From: Anthoceros angustus
Lineage: Eukaryota > Plantae > Anthocerotophyta
Reading direction: 5' to 3'
DNA length: 64,000 nucleotides
NCBI GenBank assembly: GCA_010909165.1
Contig: MU008215.1
Span: 186,001 to 250,000 of the forward strand
Made by a program: the position numbers and the translations under genes. Numbering within the stretch: the first letter of the stretch is position 1; each line of letters starts with the position of its first letter. Shown piece by piece: positions 62,340 through 64,000 of the stretch. The notes beneath the pieces were generated by a model. That model was not told the DNA's origin. It was given only the letters and a program-made list of their open reading frames with translations, and searched no databases.

Positions 62340-63900
62340 TGAAGCGACAAGTGGAAGCGGGTGAGTGGAAACTAGACCGATGATGTAAAGTCCCGAGATG
62401 TGGCTCAAAGTGAATGCCGACCTTATCTTCCATAGATCGTAACCTCGTGAACCTTTTGTTTTAGGGTTGCAAACTCCTTTCATGCGGCAGATGTTCATCA
62501 AGCATGATAACAATAGTGTTTTAGCCATGGACGCCACATTTGGTATGAACAAGTATAGGTACTACTTATTTACGGTGATGGTTTTTGATCAACACCTTAA
62601 TGGTATTCCAGTTGCTTGGGCACAGGAGCCTACTATACTTTCTTTGGTGTCATGGTTGACGCAGCTCCGGCATGTCGCTCTTACAACATGTGCAACATGG
62701 GTCCCTAGTTGCTTCCTAGTTGATGATTGTTTAGCAGAGATAGGTGCCTTTAAACAGATATGGGGGGCCAACATACATGTTGTGTTGTGTCTATGGCATG
62801 TAAGGAAGGCCAAACCTTTTAAAGAAGGTAAAGTGCATTATTGCAAGGAAGAAGATTTGGGCAGCTCATGATTATGTAGAGGCCATAATACGCAAGATGG
62901 TACTGTCGCATGGGGTAAGGTATTGTTAGAGTTCTTCTACAAGGAGTGGCATGGAAGTCAACTAGCCTTTGTTGAGTATTTCAAGAAGCATTGGGGTGAC
63001 TCTATAGGTATTATTCTTTGCCCAAAGTGCACTAGTTTTTTGTGAAGGGTTGCTTGAATGGATGTTCACATGGTGTCGGTGTGTGTAATAATGTTTCGCA
63101 TTTCTTTATGCCATAGTGGTTGAAGAAGCAGGATCTTTCCCATCCGGACAAGATACCACATCCGCCTCTGAGGCCTTTCATCGATTCTTGAAGGAAAAGT
63201 ATCTTTTACCAAGCGCGTTGCGGAAGGCGTATGGATTGGCTTCGCATCAACTTGTGAACGAGGTAGCACGACACTGGTACCTTGATTTCACCAAAATTTG
63301 GAGGTTACAAGCGAATTTAAAACTCGAGAAGGTATATGAGCATGTTTTGTCTGCGAGCACCATCCTGCATTGGCCGTCATATTCTGCCTATAGTTGGGTC
63401 TTTGCTGCATAGCATGACCTCCGAGGATAGTGACAAGGTTCGCCATCCGCCCTCGGAGGAGGCGAGGCCGAGGGGCAGGCGAGGCCGAGGGGCAGGCGAG
63501 GCCGAGGGGCAGGCGAGGCCGAGGGGCAGGCGAGGCCGAGGGGCAGGCGAGGCCGAGGGGCAGGCGAGGCCGGGAGGGCTTGAGGACAGGCGAGGCCGAG
63601 GCGCCTGGGCGAGGCCGAGGGGCAGGCGAGGCCGAGGGGCAGGCGAGGCCGAGGGGCAGGCGAGGCGCTTGTCGTTGGTGAAGGAAGCGGAGGAACGAGA
63701 TGGGTGCCAAAATCAGAGATCATTTGCGGTATTCTTGAGAAAGAGAAGCATGCCCCATTCCCACAATGTGGGCAGAAATGTTGAATAGGATGTTGCACCA
63801 ATCGATAGGACTAAGCAGAACCTTGCCCACACGGTTGTATGCATATACTTGTTTTGCGCTCGGATTGGGTATTATGATAATTTGTGAAACATGCTAGTGA
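62340..63900 (+). mobile_element. Mutator-like (MULE) transposase with SWIM zinc finger, degenerate
   Basis: LGLQTPFMRQM..NNSVLAMDATFGMNKY..LFTVMVFDQHLNGIPVAW; FLVDDCLAE; HVVLCLWHVRKA; SWIM-like C.C...ICKH remnant (~63830-63895). Confidence 0.85.
63462..63666. repeat. 17-bp G-rich minisatellite GCGAGGCCGAGGGGCAG (9 perfect plus 2-3 degenerate units)
   Basis: Read directly from the sequence. Confidence 0.95.
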
Positions 63901-64000
63901 AGGAGTCCAGGCTATACAAGGCCAGACATAGTCTGAACAAATTTCTCAGCCCTCGATTGCAAAATTCCTCAGCCCTCAGCCCAATTTCTCAGCCCTCGGT

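Noticed and set aside
63288-63801. Repetitive ORFs (PRLPLGLACPSASPAP / RGRGAGEAEGQARP)
   Set aside because: They are translations of the 17-bp minisatellite, which has no stop codons in these frames.

Overview
Eukaryotic nuclear DNA, about 50% GC, most likely from a non-seed land plant with U-to-C organellar RNA editing (hornwort, fern or lycophyte; inferred from the DYW:KP/GRP-type editing domains). Many reading frames are broken by 1-3 nt indels, mostly in homopolymers. This looks like long-read consensus error, so pseudogene status cannot be settled from this sequence. The left ~28 kb is a nested transposon island: a Sola-like transposase, a Gypsy integrase fragment ending in a PHD finger, a CACTA TnpD gene split by a 13-kb Gypsy element whose 3.6-kb LTRs carry an ORF-like region, and a related solo LTR. 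The right ~35 kb is a cluster of PLS-class PPR-E1-E2-DYW:KP genes (four full-length, one 3' partial, several fragments) mixed with an IS3EU-like transposase, a Copia element with a perfect target-site duplication, and a MULE. The main observation is that every full-length PPR-DYW gene has 1-3 N-terminal copies of a motif matching the PDF ssDNA-binding motif of plant organellar OSB proteins, fused to a candidate U-to-C editing enzyme. The PPR arrays appear to have expanded independently within each gene.
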